Assembly (NCBI GenBank): GCA_023138875.1
Contig: JAGLOO010000003.1
Span: forward strand, 1,498 to 65,497
Origin: Bacteroidales bacterium
GTDB lineage: Bacteria > Bacteroidota > Bacteroidia > Bacteroidales > GCA-2748055
DNA: 64,000 bases
Reading direction: 5' to 3'
Shown here: positions 20,368 through 29,170 of the stretch, piece after piece
Position numbering within the stretch: position 1 is the stretch's first letter
Layout: every line of letters begins with the position of its first letter
The notes under the pieces: generated by a model
The model's input: the letters and a program-made list of their open reading frames with translations, nothing else
What the model was told of the DNA's origin: nothing
Databases searched by the model: none
Made by a program: the position numbers and the translations under genes

Positions 20368-23316
20368 TTATTTTTTGACTTTTATTTCCCAGTCCTCAAA
20401 TTCAACCCAGTACTGCTTTTTGTCAGGAGAGCCGGCGGCCAGGCCTAGGTCAATTGCTTCAGCCAGGCCCGGAATGTTGTTTGATCTTTTCTCATTGATC
20501 CAGGTATTACCATCCAGACTGATGGTTCCGGTAAAACAATTGCCATGCCGGACCAGTTTCAACCATATTGGGAATTTGGTGTCTTCCGGAAGGTTCTGAC
20601 TGTTGGCTTTATGCATACAGCCATTTCCAAATTCATCGTATTCGATTCCGGCACGGCCGGGCGTGCCAAACAGGAGCATGGATCCTTTGCTCCCCGGTTG
20701 GGTATCGAAACTTTTGGTCATATCGTTGCGAACGAACAAGCCGGCACGGAACCATTCGTGTGTACGATCTCCGAATTGGTTTATTTTCACAGTGGCCACA
20801 AAATCACCTTTGATCTGCTTCATAAACAGTGTAGCATATGAATCCTCAGCGTGGAAGAAGTCTGAACCACCAGCTGTTATTTTGTAGGTATTGTTTCCCG
20901 GATCGGATTCGATATTAAAAGGTTTGGCCTTTACCGAACAATATGTAAATAATCTATCACTGTCCGGCTCAACCTTAACCCAGTCAGAGACTGTTAAATT
21001 CATCTCATTGCTATTTACTATTCGAACATCGTATTTACCTGGCCCGGGACTTATTTCAAAACTAACCTCTTTGGATTCATTCCCATCCAGACTAACAGAG
21101 TGAGAACTGAATTCTTTATTATTCAGGAACAGTTGTACCTTTTCAGCCCGGGAGTAGGGTAGCAGGTTTTTTGCAAGGGCTTTTATTTTAGTGGATTCCC
21201 CTGAAAGAATGGATGTATCAGAAAGCTGCATGTCTTCAAAAACCACAGCAGGCTTTTCTCCTTCAATAATAATATCTTTGTATGCTGTATTTCCAATGGC
21301 AATTGTATGGGACCCTGCATCATAAATACGTACCTCAAAAAATATTCTGCTGGAGTTATTACGAATAACCGGGAAGGATTTTTTTTCTACTATTCTCCCG
21401 TCAATATATAACTCAACCGGGTGGATCCCGGTCGATCCGGTATTAAATACTCTGGTGTTTGCAGTAATGATGCTGCCAGCGGTAGCGACTTTGGGATCTG
21501 TTTCTCCTAAGGCAGATATTCTCAAATCACTGTATTGAAAAACAGGATCTCCAATGATGATCTGTTCGGGTGCATTTTCCGGGGCTTCAATTACATAGTT
21601 GTTCCTGTAAATGTTGTCAACCAGATTTGCCGCGCAGAGCTTCATTTCACCCTGCTCCAGGTTATAAAAAATATTATCTTCCGTGAGCCAGTTAAGGGAC
21701 ATATTATCGAACCAGAAACCCACGTTATCATTGAAATATCCCGCCCTGACATCATGTACCAGGTTCTTTCTGACTATCGAATGAAATGTCATGCCAGCAG
21801 TTTTTATTGCGCCGGAATCATCGGCATCTTTCTGTACATCATCCAGATGATTGTATTCCACCAGGTAGCCTCCGTCAATGGCTTCCTCCAGGTTACTCCA
21901 CCCGCCTACTGAGATGGCATACCGCCCCCGGGTTTTTGTTATATAGTTATGTGAAATTGTGGTGAACAGGGAATAAGAGGCATCAATATTATTTCCTCCG
22001 CAGTCAACAAACCTGTTATGTGAAACGGTTGTTTCACGAAGGATGTCTTTCCCGTCAGCGGGTCCCTCGGGGCCATGAATGCTTATTACTATGTTGTCTA
22101 TGGTCCGGAAAGTATTATCCAGAATACGGGTTTGGTAACATCCTTTTCTTACCGAAATTCCTGTTCCCCCGCATGATCTTAGCGTCGAACCGACCAGCTC
22201 GCATCCATGTGCATATTCATAAGCCATTGCATTGCTTCCCGGTAATACAGCTTCAAAGGTGAGGCCGTAAATGCGAAGATTCCGGACCGGTTTGCCGGAT
22301 TCGCCCCTCACCACCAGTAATTCATTGATCTGAGGTGCCGATGCCATGGTCATATTCAGATCTTCCTGGCCGGACTCCGGGATGTAACTTAATTCCTTTC
22401 GTTTTTGATCGTAGAACCATTCTCCGGGGGCATCCATCAGCGTTTTAACATTCTCGATATAATAGCGGGGTGGTACGATCACCACACCTTCTTCCGGTTC
22501 GTTCAACCAGGCTGTACCGGTTCTTTCATCCACCCTGGAAATGGAATTTTCTCCATGATGCCAGCGCAGTAACATAAACACACGATTACCATCCATCTCT
22601 TTCCATTGCCTGATTTCACCTTTATTGAAGTAAAGCCTGTCAGGTGCTTCTGAAAGTACCGGCGGTATAAAATAACCGGAATCAGGTGTCCTGGCCAACG
22701 TTTGTTTTCTGCCATTTACCACAAGCATCTCTACACTGGCATCCAGATTTCTGATCTTCCAGGCATTCCTCTGTTTTTCCCATGCATGCAATGGAATGCC
22801 TCCTGATATCACCGGTTTTTCCCCGGGATATGCAGCGTAGGTGACGTAATGATCTTTCAGTTTATGATATTCAAAAGCACCGGAAGGAAGGTTTGTCTCA
22901 ATCCGTTCTCCCCCGTCCTCCGGGTTGAAGACAAGCGGTTCTTCAAGGGAATAATAACCTTCACGAATATAAACCAGGATATCTTTTCCTTTACCGGAAG
23001 GGTGAGGTGAACCGATCCATCTGGCTTCAACGGGATCACTTTTTGGAGAGTATACCATTGTTTTAAGTGATCTTACCGCAAGCTGGGCTCTTTTGATGCT
23101 TGCAAACGGTCCGTCCGTATTGGCTGCATTGGCCTCTGCCATGGTGCCTGACCAGTTGTCGTTGCCACCGGGTGCAACATAAAAATCAGCAGTTTTACCC
23201 GTATCTGAAAATTTTTCCCATTTTTCACCACGCAATAATTTTCCCTGACCAGCAGCCTGATAGCTACATAATATCAGTACAATCAGAAGCGATTTAAATC
23301 TGTTTTTTGTTGACAT
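20368..23316 (-). CDS. right-handed parallel beta-helix repeat protein with CARDB-like repeats and a C-terminal lectin/LamG-like domain
   Basis: The track start at 23334 is TTG. The ATG at 23316 gives MSTKNRFKSLLIVLILCSYQAAGQ (signal peptide). N-terminal DFYVAPGGNDNWSG is typical of beta-helix CAZyme-like proteins. Confidence 0.65.
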   Translation of the reverse strand: MSTKNRFKSLLIVLILCSYQAAGQGKLLRGEKWEKFSDTGKTADFYVAPGGNDNWSGTMAEANAANTDGPFASIKRAQLAVRSLKTMVYSPKSDPVEARWIGSPHPSGKGKDILVYIREGYYSLEEPLVFNPEDGGERIETNLPSGAFEYHKLKDHYVTYAAYPGEKPVISGGIPLHAWEKQRNAWKIRNLDASVEMLVVNGRKQTLARTPDSGYFIPPVLSEAPDRLYFNKGEIRQWKEMDGNRVFMLLRWHHGENSISRVDERTGTAWLNEPEEGVVIVPPRYYIENVKTLMDAPGEWFYDQKRKELSYIPESGQEDLNMTMASAPQINELLVVRGESGKPVRNLRIYGLTFEAVLPGSNAMAYEYAHGCELVGSTLRSCGGTGISVRKGCYQTRILDNTFRTIDNIVISIHGPEGPADGKDILRETTVSHNRFVDCGGNNIDASYSLFTTISHNYITKTRGRYAISVGGWSNLEEAIDGGYLVEYNHLDDVQKDADDSGAIKTAGMTFHSIVRKNLVHDVRAGYFNDNVGFWFDNMSLNWLTEDNIFYNLEQGEMKLCAANLVDNIYRNNYVIEAPENAPEQIIIGDPVFQYSDLRISALGETDPKVATAGSIITANTRVFNTGSTGIHPVELYIDGRIVEKKSFPVIRNNSSRIFFEVRIYDAGSHTIAIGNTAYKDIIIEGEKPAVVFEDMQLSDTSILSGESTKIKALAKNLLPYSRAEKVQLFLNNKEFSSHSVSLDGNESKEVSFEISPGPGKYDVRIVNSNEMNLTVSDWVKVEPDSDRLFTYCSVKAKPFNIESDPGNNTYKITAGGSDFFHAEDSYATLFMKQIKGDFVATVKINQFGDRTHEWFRAGLFVRNDMTKSFDTQPGSKGSMLLFGTPGRAGIEYDEFGNGCMHKANSQNLPEDTKFPIWLKLVRHGNCFTGTISLDGNTWINEKRSNNIPGLAEAIDLGLAAGSPDKKQYWVEFEDWEIKVKK

Positions 23317-23334
23317 TTTGATGATTTTTAGCAA

Positions 23335-26300
23335 TCATTTTATTGGTTTAAACAACATGGAAGACGGAATATTAATCCTCTCGAGGTCCGGACTGGAAAT
23401 AAAAGCTTTGAGGTGAAATCCACCTCCTGCCTGAAAGTAACTGATCCGCAAAGTGTGCTTTCCTTCAGAGAGAATGATCTGTCCCTGTTTTTCAAGGGCA
23501 CCGTGTAAACCGTCGTTTGTTATGACAAGCTTCCCGTCGATATATAAATTACTTCCATCATTTGAATTCAGGTAAAAGGTGTACAGTGCTGTTGCCGGAA
23601 TTTCAATCGTCCCTTTGAGGATTAGTCCGAACTTATCCTGCTTAAAAGGAATCTGATCCAGTCCTATCTCATATATTGTACCAGTGCGCACGGGTTCGAG
23701 AGAAGTGAAATCCGGAATTCTTTCCCAATTGCCTTCATAATACTGATACCTCAGTCCATTTTTCTCCGGATTAACAAAAGTTAAGGAACTTGTTTTATAT
23801 GAACTGGGTTTGTAGCCGGTTCTGTAAACTTTCGCTTTAATGATTGTATTGCTGTTGATTTTAATTGGTTCTGAATAGACCGGGGAGTGTTCATCCGGTT
23901 CTTTCCCGTTAAGGGTGTATCTGATTATTGCATTTTCTTCTCCGCTGAGGATTTGTACAGTTGCTGTATCCGGTAGGAATAAAAGAGAATCTGCAGGTAT
24001 GATTTTTGGCACCGAAAGTCTGGATACCTGTATTAGATTTCTGACATTTTTTAAGACAAATTCATAATGCCCCGATTCCACCTGGTATTGTACCAAGGAA
24101 TCTTTGAATTTAATGAAAGAAGCATCTTTGCAATTTTCTGCTGTCCCATTATTGATGGTTACATCATCCGGATCTGTCGCAGGAAGCATTATGGTGGCTG
24201 TACTGTTAGCAGGAATATCAAGTTTTAAAATGAGATTGTTCCCATCCCATTCCCATCCCGATTCAATGTTACCGTAAACCGATTTATATGTGGCCCTGAC
24301 ATGGTTCAGGTTCCCGACAGGCCGGGGTTTAATAATGATGTTCCTGAAACCGGGATGTTCCGGATCGGGATTGATACCTGCAAGGGCCTGATAGAACCAC
24401 TGACATACACTGCCAAACATGGGGTGACTGTGAGAGGCATCTCCCCGCCATGTTTCCCAGATGGTGGTTGCCCCCTGGTCAATTGCATAGCCAAAGCTTG
24501 GGTAATCATGCTGGTTCATCATCGAGTATGCCAGGTCTACACGGCCATATCGGGTCAGAACGTCGAGTACAAGTGGTGTTCCCATCATTCCGGTATCAAA
24601 GTGCTCACCGGTATTGGATTCTATGTTGCATACGAGGGATTTAAATACTTCCCTGATCCTGTTTTCAGGAACCAGTCCAAATCCCAGGGCAAATACATTG
24701 GCGCCCTGACGTCCGATGGAGTAGGATTTGATGCTTTCCCGGTAATATTCCCTGTTAAAAGCTTCTTTCGTCTGAACAGCAAGATCTTTGAAATAACCGG
24801 AATCTTCAGGTATATTTAAAACAGATGCGATGTCAGACATTAGCTTCAAATCGTAATAGTAATACGCCGTACTGACCAGGGAAGGTGGTATTTCTGTTAC
24901 ATCAGGCGGCACCCATTCTCCCAGTTTCTCTTCATTGATGATCCCTGATCCGCCAGTAAGATGTGTCAGGTATTCAATCCATTTCTTCATTCCGGAATAG
25001 TGCTGCTTCAGAATGTCTTCATCGCCATAATAGAGGTACATGTACCAGGGAATGATGATATAAGCTGAACCCCATGCAGTCCCGCCACCCCCACTCTGGA
25101 AAGGCACAGTATTGGGAACATAACCGGTTGTGGTATTCTGGGCATCCTTCAGGTCGTTCATCCATTTTGTATAAAAGGAAGCCATATCAAAACTGAAGAT
25201 GGCGGCCTGTGCTGCAATCTGGCCATCTCCTGTATAACCCCTGCGCTCCCTGTGCGGACAATCGCTGGGAATGCCGCCATGCATATTCCCCAGCTGGGTC
25301 CTCTGAAAGTTGTCCAGTATTGTATTGAAAAGTTCATTTGAACTATGAAAAGTACCTGCCGGTTGCACATCGGTATTCACTACCACTCCTGTAATGTTAT
25401 CCAGGGAAAGGGGTACAGGAGACGATACATCAACGCAGCGGAATGCATGCCACGTAAACCGGGGCTCCCATACTTCAGATCCCAGCCCTTTCAGAATATA
25501 ACTGTCTGTTTGCCCATATCCGGAGCCTGCCTCTTCAGTAAAATTCATGGTAATGACCGTACCCCGGGGACCGTTCACATTAAGTTTTACCCATCCTGAG
25601 ATCATTTCACCAAGGTCATAGCGGTATATACCTTCCGCAGGTATGGTCATGCGAACCGGTTTGATAGTCCTGGTTATCCGGTCGGGCGGGGACATCTGTG
25701 CTCTTAATTTACCTGTTGGCGGACGCACTGCTTCTGACATTACCCGGTTATCTTTTGTAAAACCGGTGTTGTTCCACATCCCTTCCTCAAGGCGGGCATC
25801 ATAAATTTCACCACTGTATACTCCATTATGTAAAGCCGGACCAAAGGAGGCTTCCCAGGAACCATTGCTTAAGATATTTTCCCGGGTTCCATCTGAAAAT
25901 TCAATCTCAAATTGTGCAATAAACCGGGGAGAGTCGTAGGAATAGGGCAGATCCTCTTTTCTCTCATTTTGAAAATACCATCCATTGCCCAGGCATACTT
26001 CAAAGCTGTTTTCTCCCTGCCGGATAAAAGAGGTGATATCCCAGGTCTCATATAAGACCCGGGTGGACATGTTTCTGACCCCCTGTTCGTCAAAATCTGC
26101 CGGAGATTGCCGGCGATCGTAATTGGTGTGATTGGGTGATAATACGTGATCCCCCACTTTTACCCCATTGATATACAATTCATAATATCCGAGTCCGCTG
26201 ATATAGACACGGGCTTTGCTAATCCGGTGTGGAAATTCAGCGCTTTTACGGAAATGAATTGCAGGATCCATTCCTTCGGGTTTGACCTTTTGATATTGGT

Positions 26301-26736
26301 CCAAACCTATCCATTCTGCATGCCAGTCACCGGGATCAAGTCCCATCTCCCAGGTGGCGGTTTTGCTCCAGGCTGAAGGATTTCCATTGCGGTCCCATAT
26401 GCGAACTTTCCAGAAAACCTTCTCCCTGGGTTCCAGTTCCTCTCCCTGGTAAACAATATGCACCGACTGTCCTGACTCAATTTTCCCGGTATTCCAGAGA
26501 TCCCCTTTGTTTTCCGTAAGCAATTTTTCACTGCTTGCCACCAGAATGTGATAGGCAGTTTGTTTCTGCCCATTATGTTTCGCAAAAATTTTCCAATCCA
26601 AACGCGGATTTTGAATGTCAATCCCACACGGATCCTCCAGGTATTCACATTTCAGATCACTGACATTTGGCTGATCTGTCGTGCAACTGCTGGTGAACCA
26701 GACAAGGAATATTAAAATGATCGCTGGAACTTTCAT
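23335..26736 (-). CDS. GH78 alpha-L-rhamnosidase with C-terminal chitobiase-type and PA14 modules
   Basis: 1133-aa ORF. The N-terminus LKCEYLEDPCGIDIQNPRLDWK is typical of bacterial rhamnosidase N-domains, followed by an (alpha/alpha)6 core. IRYTLNGKEPDEHSPVYSEPI is a CHB_HEX_C-like module. The PA14-like tail spans 23338-23772. Confidence 0.85.
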   Translation of the reverse strand: MKVPAIILIFLVWFTSSCTTDQPNVSDLKCEYLEDPCGIDIQNPRLDWKIFAKHNGQKQTAYHILVASSEKLLTENKGDLWNTGKIESGQSVHIVYQGEELEPREKVFWKVRIWDRNGNPSAWSKTATWEMGLDPGDWHAEWIGLDQYQKVKPEGMDPAIHFRKSAEFPHRISKARVYISGLGYYELYINGVKVGDHVLSPNHTNYDRRQSPADFDEQGVRNMSTRVLYETWDITSFIRQGENSFEVCLGNGWYFQNERKEDLPYSYDSPRFIAQFEIEFSDGTRENILSNGSWEASFGPALHNGVYSGEIYDARLEEGMWNNTGFTKDNRVMSEAVRPPTGKLRAQMSPPDRITRTIKPVRMTIPAEGIYRYDLGEMISGWVKLNVNGPRGTVITMNFTEEAGSGYGQTDSYILKGLGSEVWEPRFTWHAFRCVDVSSPVPLSLDNITGVVVNTDVQPAGTFHSSNELFNTILDNFQRTQLGNMHGGIPSDCPHRERRGYTGDGQIAAQAAIFSFDMASFYTKWMNDLKDAQNTTTGYVPNTVPFQSGGGGTAWGSAYIIIPWYMYLYYGDEDILKQHYSGMKKWIEYLTHLTGGSGIINEEKLGEWVPPDVTEIPPSLVSTAYYYYDLKLMSDIASVLNIPEDSGYFKDLAVQTKEAFNREYYRESIKSYSIGRQGANVFALGFGLVPENRIREVFKSLVCNIESNTGEHFDTGMMGTPLVLDVLTRYGRVDLAYSMMNQHDYPSFGYAIDQGATTIWETWRGDASHSHPMFGSVCQWFYQALAGINPDPEHPGFRNIIIKPRPVGNLNHVRATYKSVYGNIESGWEWDGNNLILKLDIPANSTATIMLPATDPDDVTINNGTAENCKDASFIKFKDSLVQYQVESGHYEFVLKNVRNLIQVSRLSVPKIIPADSLLFLPDTATVQILSGEENAIIRYTLNGKEPDEHSPVYSEPIKINSNTIIKAKVYRTGYKPSSYKTSSLTFVNPEKNGLRYQYYEGNWERIPDFTSLEPVRTGTIYEIGLDQIPFKQDKFGLILKGTIEIPATALYTFYLNSNDGSNLYIDGKLVITNDGLHGALEKQGQIILSEGKHTLRISYFQAGGGFHLKAFISSPDLERINIPSSMLFKPIK

Positions 26737-26757
26737 ATGTCAAGTGGGCTTCGCATA

Positions 26758-27148
26758 TCATAGCCATGCTTTTTCTATTTGTCTTCTTAATTGTGGTATT
26801 AGCAGGTCTGGAAGTATCGTTCTCCGATCATTATCTCCTTTGCCGGAACGAACAACAATCTCATTGAGGTCGAAGTCAAAATCTTCCAGTGGTTTTTTCA
26901 TCTTTATTGTGTAAAAAACAAGCGCATTTAATGCCTGGTTTTGAGTGGATGCGGAAACCTTTCTTTCAACTGCAAGGGAAGTGAGGAATTCTCCAATCTC
27001 CTTCCCCCCACATCTCTTCAGGATATCTTTTATTATGGAAAATAATAAACCGGTATATCCATCCTATATAAGTCTTTTCTGTGCTATAGCTGAAATGATT
27101 TGTGCGAATTACTTCCCTGACATGGTCTAAAAACTTCGATCCTTTCAT
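26758..27148 (-). pseudogene. intI: integron-integrase (IntI-type tyrosine recombinase) pseudogene
   Basis: ORF 26966-27148 reads MKGSKFLDHVREVIRTNHFSYSTEKTYIGWIYRFIIFHNKRYPEEM (IntI N-terminal SAM-like domain). After the C-run at 27004-27009 the sense continues in another frame: EIGEFLTSLAVERKVSASTQNQALNALVF. It then jumps to DFDFDLNEIVVRSGKGDNDRRTILP...QIEKAWL-stop. The catalytic regions are missing. Confidence 0.75.
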
Positions 27149-27149
27149 C

Positions 27150-27323
27150 TGCCGATAAGTATTGATGTATATTCATGAAATATAATATATTATACTGCAT
27201 TTTGCTACAATATGGCTATGATATTCCATATTATACCGCAAACTTGATTTCTATTGAGTATCGGTATAATATGCTTATATTTATTGTATTGCCGCTATTG
27301 GCAGTAGAATATAATGTTCCATG
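27150..27323 (+). other. candidate attI region and attI/cassette-1 junction (G|TT at 27316|27317)
   Basis: AT-rich stretch directly upstream of the intI start. GTTCCATG at 27316-27323 is the exact reverse complement of CATGGAAC (28964-28971), the 5' box of the first attC-like site. Confidence 0.35.
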
Positions 27324-27678
27324 TCTTCAGATTCATAATCCTCTTTGTGGAGCAGATCCTTCAGATTCAGGAGATCGGTGAGCGGACTGTAGGTTACTCC
27401 GAATGGATTCTTCGTAACCATGAAGAGGCATTTCAAGTAAGGCTACAATTGGACCAGAAGTATTCGAATTTGATGACCGATTGAGTTATATCAACCGATA
27501 ATTATAAACAATGGAGCCAGTCTCATTTATCACCACGAACCCGGTATACAGATTGCTAAAGAAACATTTATGAAGATAAAATCACGATATCTGGGTGTTC
27601 TGGCAGCTGGATTTACAATGAGCAATATCCATGGTTCATGAAAGATTACTTTTAATACATAAAACGGAGGATTGAGGT

Positions 27679-28740
27679 ATGAAAAAGATCATCATTGGAA
27701 TAGCAGGGATTCTGGTAATTCTTATCATCATTTTTGTTCTAAAGCCAGCCCCCATTGACCCAGCGGCCTATATTCCTCCTGATGCTCAGGAGTTAACAGG
27801 AGTCTTGACACCAAACAACCTTTTGCAGGAGGCCGAGCTATTGGCTTTGGGAAAGATAAATGGTCCGGAAGAGGTTGCAGTGGACAGTCAGGGTCGTGTA
27901 TTTGGGGGAACACAGGATGGAAAAATAATTCGTCTTTTGCCAGATGGCAGGTTGGAGACATTTGCTGCAACTGGCGGTCGACCTCTGGGAATGAAATTTG
28001 ATGAGAATGAAAACCTGATTGTTTGCGATTCTTATAAAGGCCTGCTCTCTATCAATCCCCAGGGGGAGATCAAGATTCTGGCCACCTCAGCAGATGGAGT
28101 TCCATTTAAATTCACCGATGCCCTAGATATTTCCAGTGACGGGACAATCTACTTTACGGATGCAAGCTCCAAATATGACCAAAGCGAATATCTATATGAC
28201 CTGTTGGAATCAAAACCGCACGGTAGATTTCTGAGCTATAATCCAGCCACCGGTCAGGTAAAAGTCTTATTAAAGAATCTTTATTTTGCCAACGGGGTTG
28301 CCTTATCGCATGACGAAGACTTCGTATTAATTAACGAAACCTACCGTTACAGGATCACCAGGTATTGGTTGAGAGGCCCCAAAATGGGGACACACGAAAT
28401 CTTCATTGATAATCTACCCGGGTTTCCTGATAACATATCAAACAACCAGAAGGGCACATTCTGGCTGGCTCTTTTCACAATTCGAAACGAATCAGCAGAC
28501 AAACTCCACCCCTTTCCCTTTCGAAAAACCCTACTTTCTAAACTGCCCAAAGCTTTATGGCCGAAACCACATCCCTATGGCCTAGTCCTGGAACTGGACG
28601 CACATGGGAATATCATCCAAAGCTTACATGATCCCACAGGAAAAAACCTTAAAGAGATCACCTCCGCTCAAGAATATGGGGGTTATCTTTATCTGGGTGG
28701 TTTACACAACGATCGGATTGGAAAATATAAATTGCCATAA
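27679..28740 (+). CDS. strictosidine-synthase-like (SSL / SMP-30-type six-bladed propeller) protein with N-terminal TM anchor; cassette 1
   Basis: 353-aa ORF with GGAGG 8 nt upstream of the ATG. The pattern GPEEVAVDSQG ... LIVCDSYKGLL ... FTDALDISSDGTIYFTDAS ... FANGVALS ... GFPDNI is typical of bacterial SSL proteins. Confidence 0.75.
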   Translation: MKKIIIGIAGILVILIIIFVLKPAPIDPAAYIPPDAQELTGVLTPNNLLQEAELLALGKINGPEEVAVDSQGRVFGGTQDGKIIRLLPDGRLETFAATGGRPLGMKFDENENLIVCDSYKGLLSINPQGEIKILATSADGVPFKFTDALDISSDGTIYFTDASSKYDQSEYLYDLLESKPHGRFLSYNPATGQVKVLLKNLYFANGVALSHDEDFVLINETYRYRITRYWLRGPKMGTHEIFIDNLPGFPDNISNNQKGTFWLALFTIRNESADKLHPFPFRKTLLSKLPKALWPKPHPYGLVLELDAHGNIIQSLHDPTGKNLKEITSAQEYGGYLYLGGLHNDRIGKYKLP

Positions 28741-28963
28741 CGAAGGAATGGATCAGACTGCTAATCCAGATAATAAAAATGCGGGCAATTCTTCGTACGT
28801 ATCTTTTCCACTCCCACAAGCAATGAGGATTCTGTTGAGGAGTGAAATAACGAAGCCGAGGAAAATCAATAGCTATCAATCTGCTTTAATTTATCTGAAC
28901 GTCCATCTGGATTTTCCTAGACAAGAATTTTTCTCAAACAGTTAGTGAAGAATAATTGATTGA

Positions 28964-29063
28964 CATGGAACAAATCACTAAAGCCGACCGTGACGAGTGT
29001 CACGCACTTTGCAGAAAGGCAAAGTCCGCGCCAAGCTACGGCGGCTTAGTTCCACCGTTATAT
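28964..29063 (+). other. attC-like recombination site 1
   Basis: 5' box CATGGAAC and 3' box GTTATAT. The arms AACAAATCACTAAAGCCGACCG (28969-28990) and CGGCGGCTTAGTTCCACCGTT (29039-29059) form an imperfect inverted repeat with bulges. The central 48 nt holds two small hairpins. Confidence 0.6.
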
Positions 29064-29170
29064 GCTTTGGTTAAAATTATTGTTTTTAGGATAATAGAAA
29101 AATTTAGACAAATATGCTTAAACATGGGAAATTGTCATTTCGAAAAAATAACTAAGAAAGGAGTAATAAA

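Noticed and set aside
23317-23334. TTG start at 23334 for the beta-helix protein, and similar TTG/GTG track starts at 34478, 60935 and 31537.
   Set aside because: In-frame ATGs a few codons downstream give canonical signal peptides or N-termini. For 31537, the GTG is an artefact of the frameshifted pseudogene.
24301-24819. Long antisense ORFs in the track. Examples: 24301-24819, 48944-49573, 38106-38606, 18554-19036, 3242-3712, 6003-6410, 8003-8365, 39084-39506.
   Set aside because: Each lies entirely inside a longer opposite-strand ORF with clear family motifs. Their translations are low-complexity with no recognisable domains. They are shadow ORFs.
27287-27421. 45-codon minus-strand ORF (MVTKNPFGVTYSPLTDLLNLKDLLHKEDYESEDMEHYILLPIAAIQ) between intI and SSL1.
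   Set aside because: It is below the usual size threshold, has no recognisable family and would straddle the proposed attI/cassette junction at 27316.
27633-27639. Alternative cassette-1 start at GTTCATG (27633-27639).
   Set aside because: It complements the site-1 5' box only with a 1-nt gap (CATG-AAC vs CATGGAAC). GTTCCATG at 27316-27323 is an exact 8/8 match, so the latter is preferred. Neither is proven.
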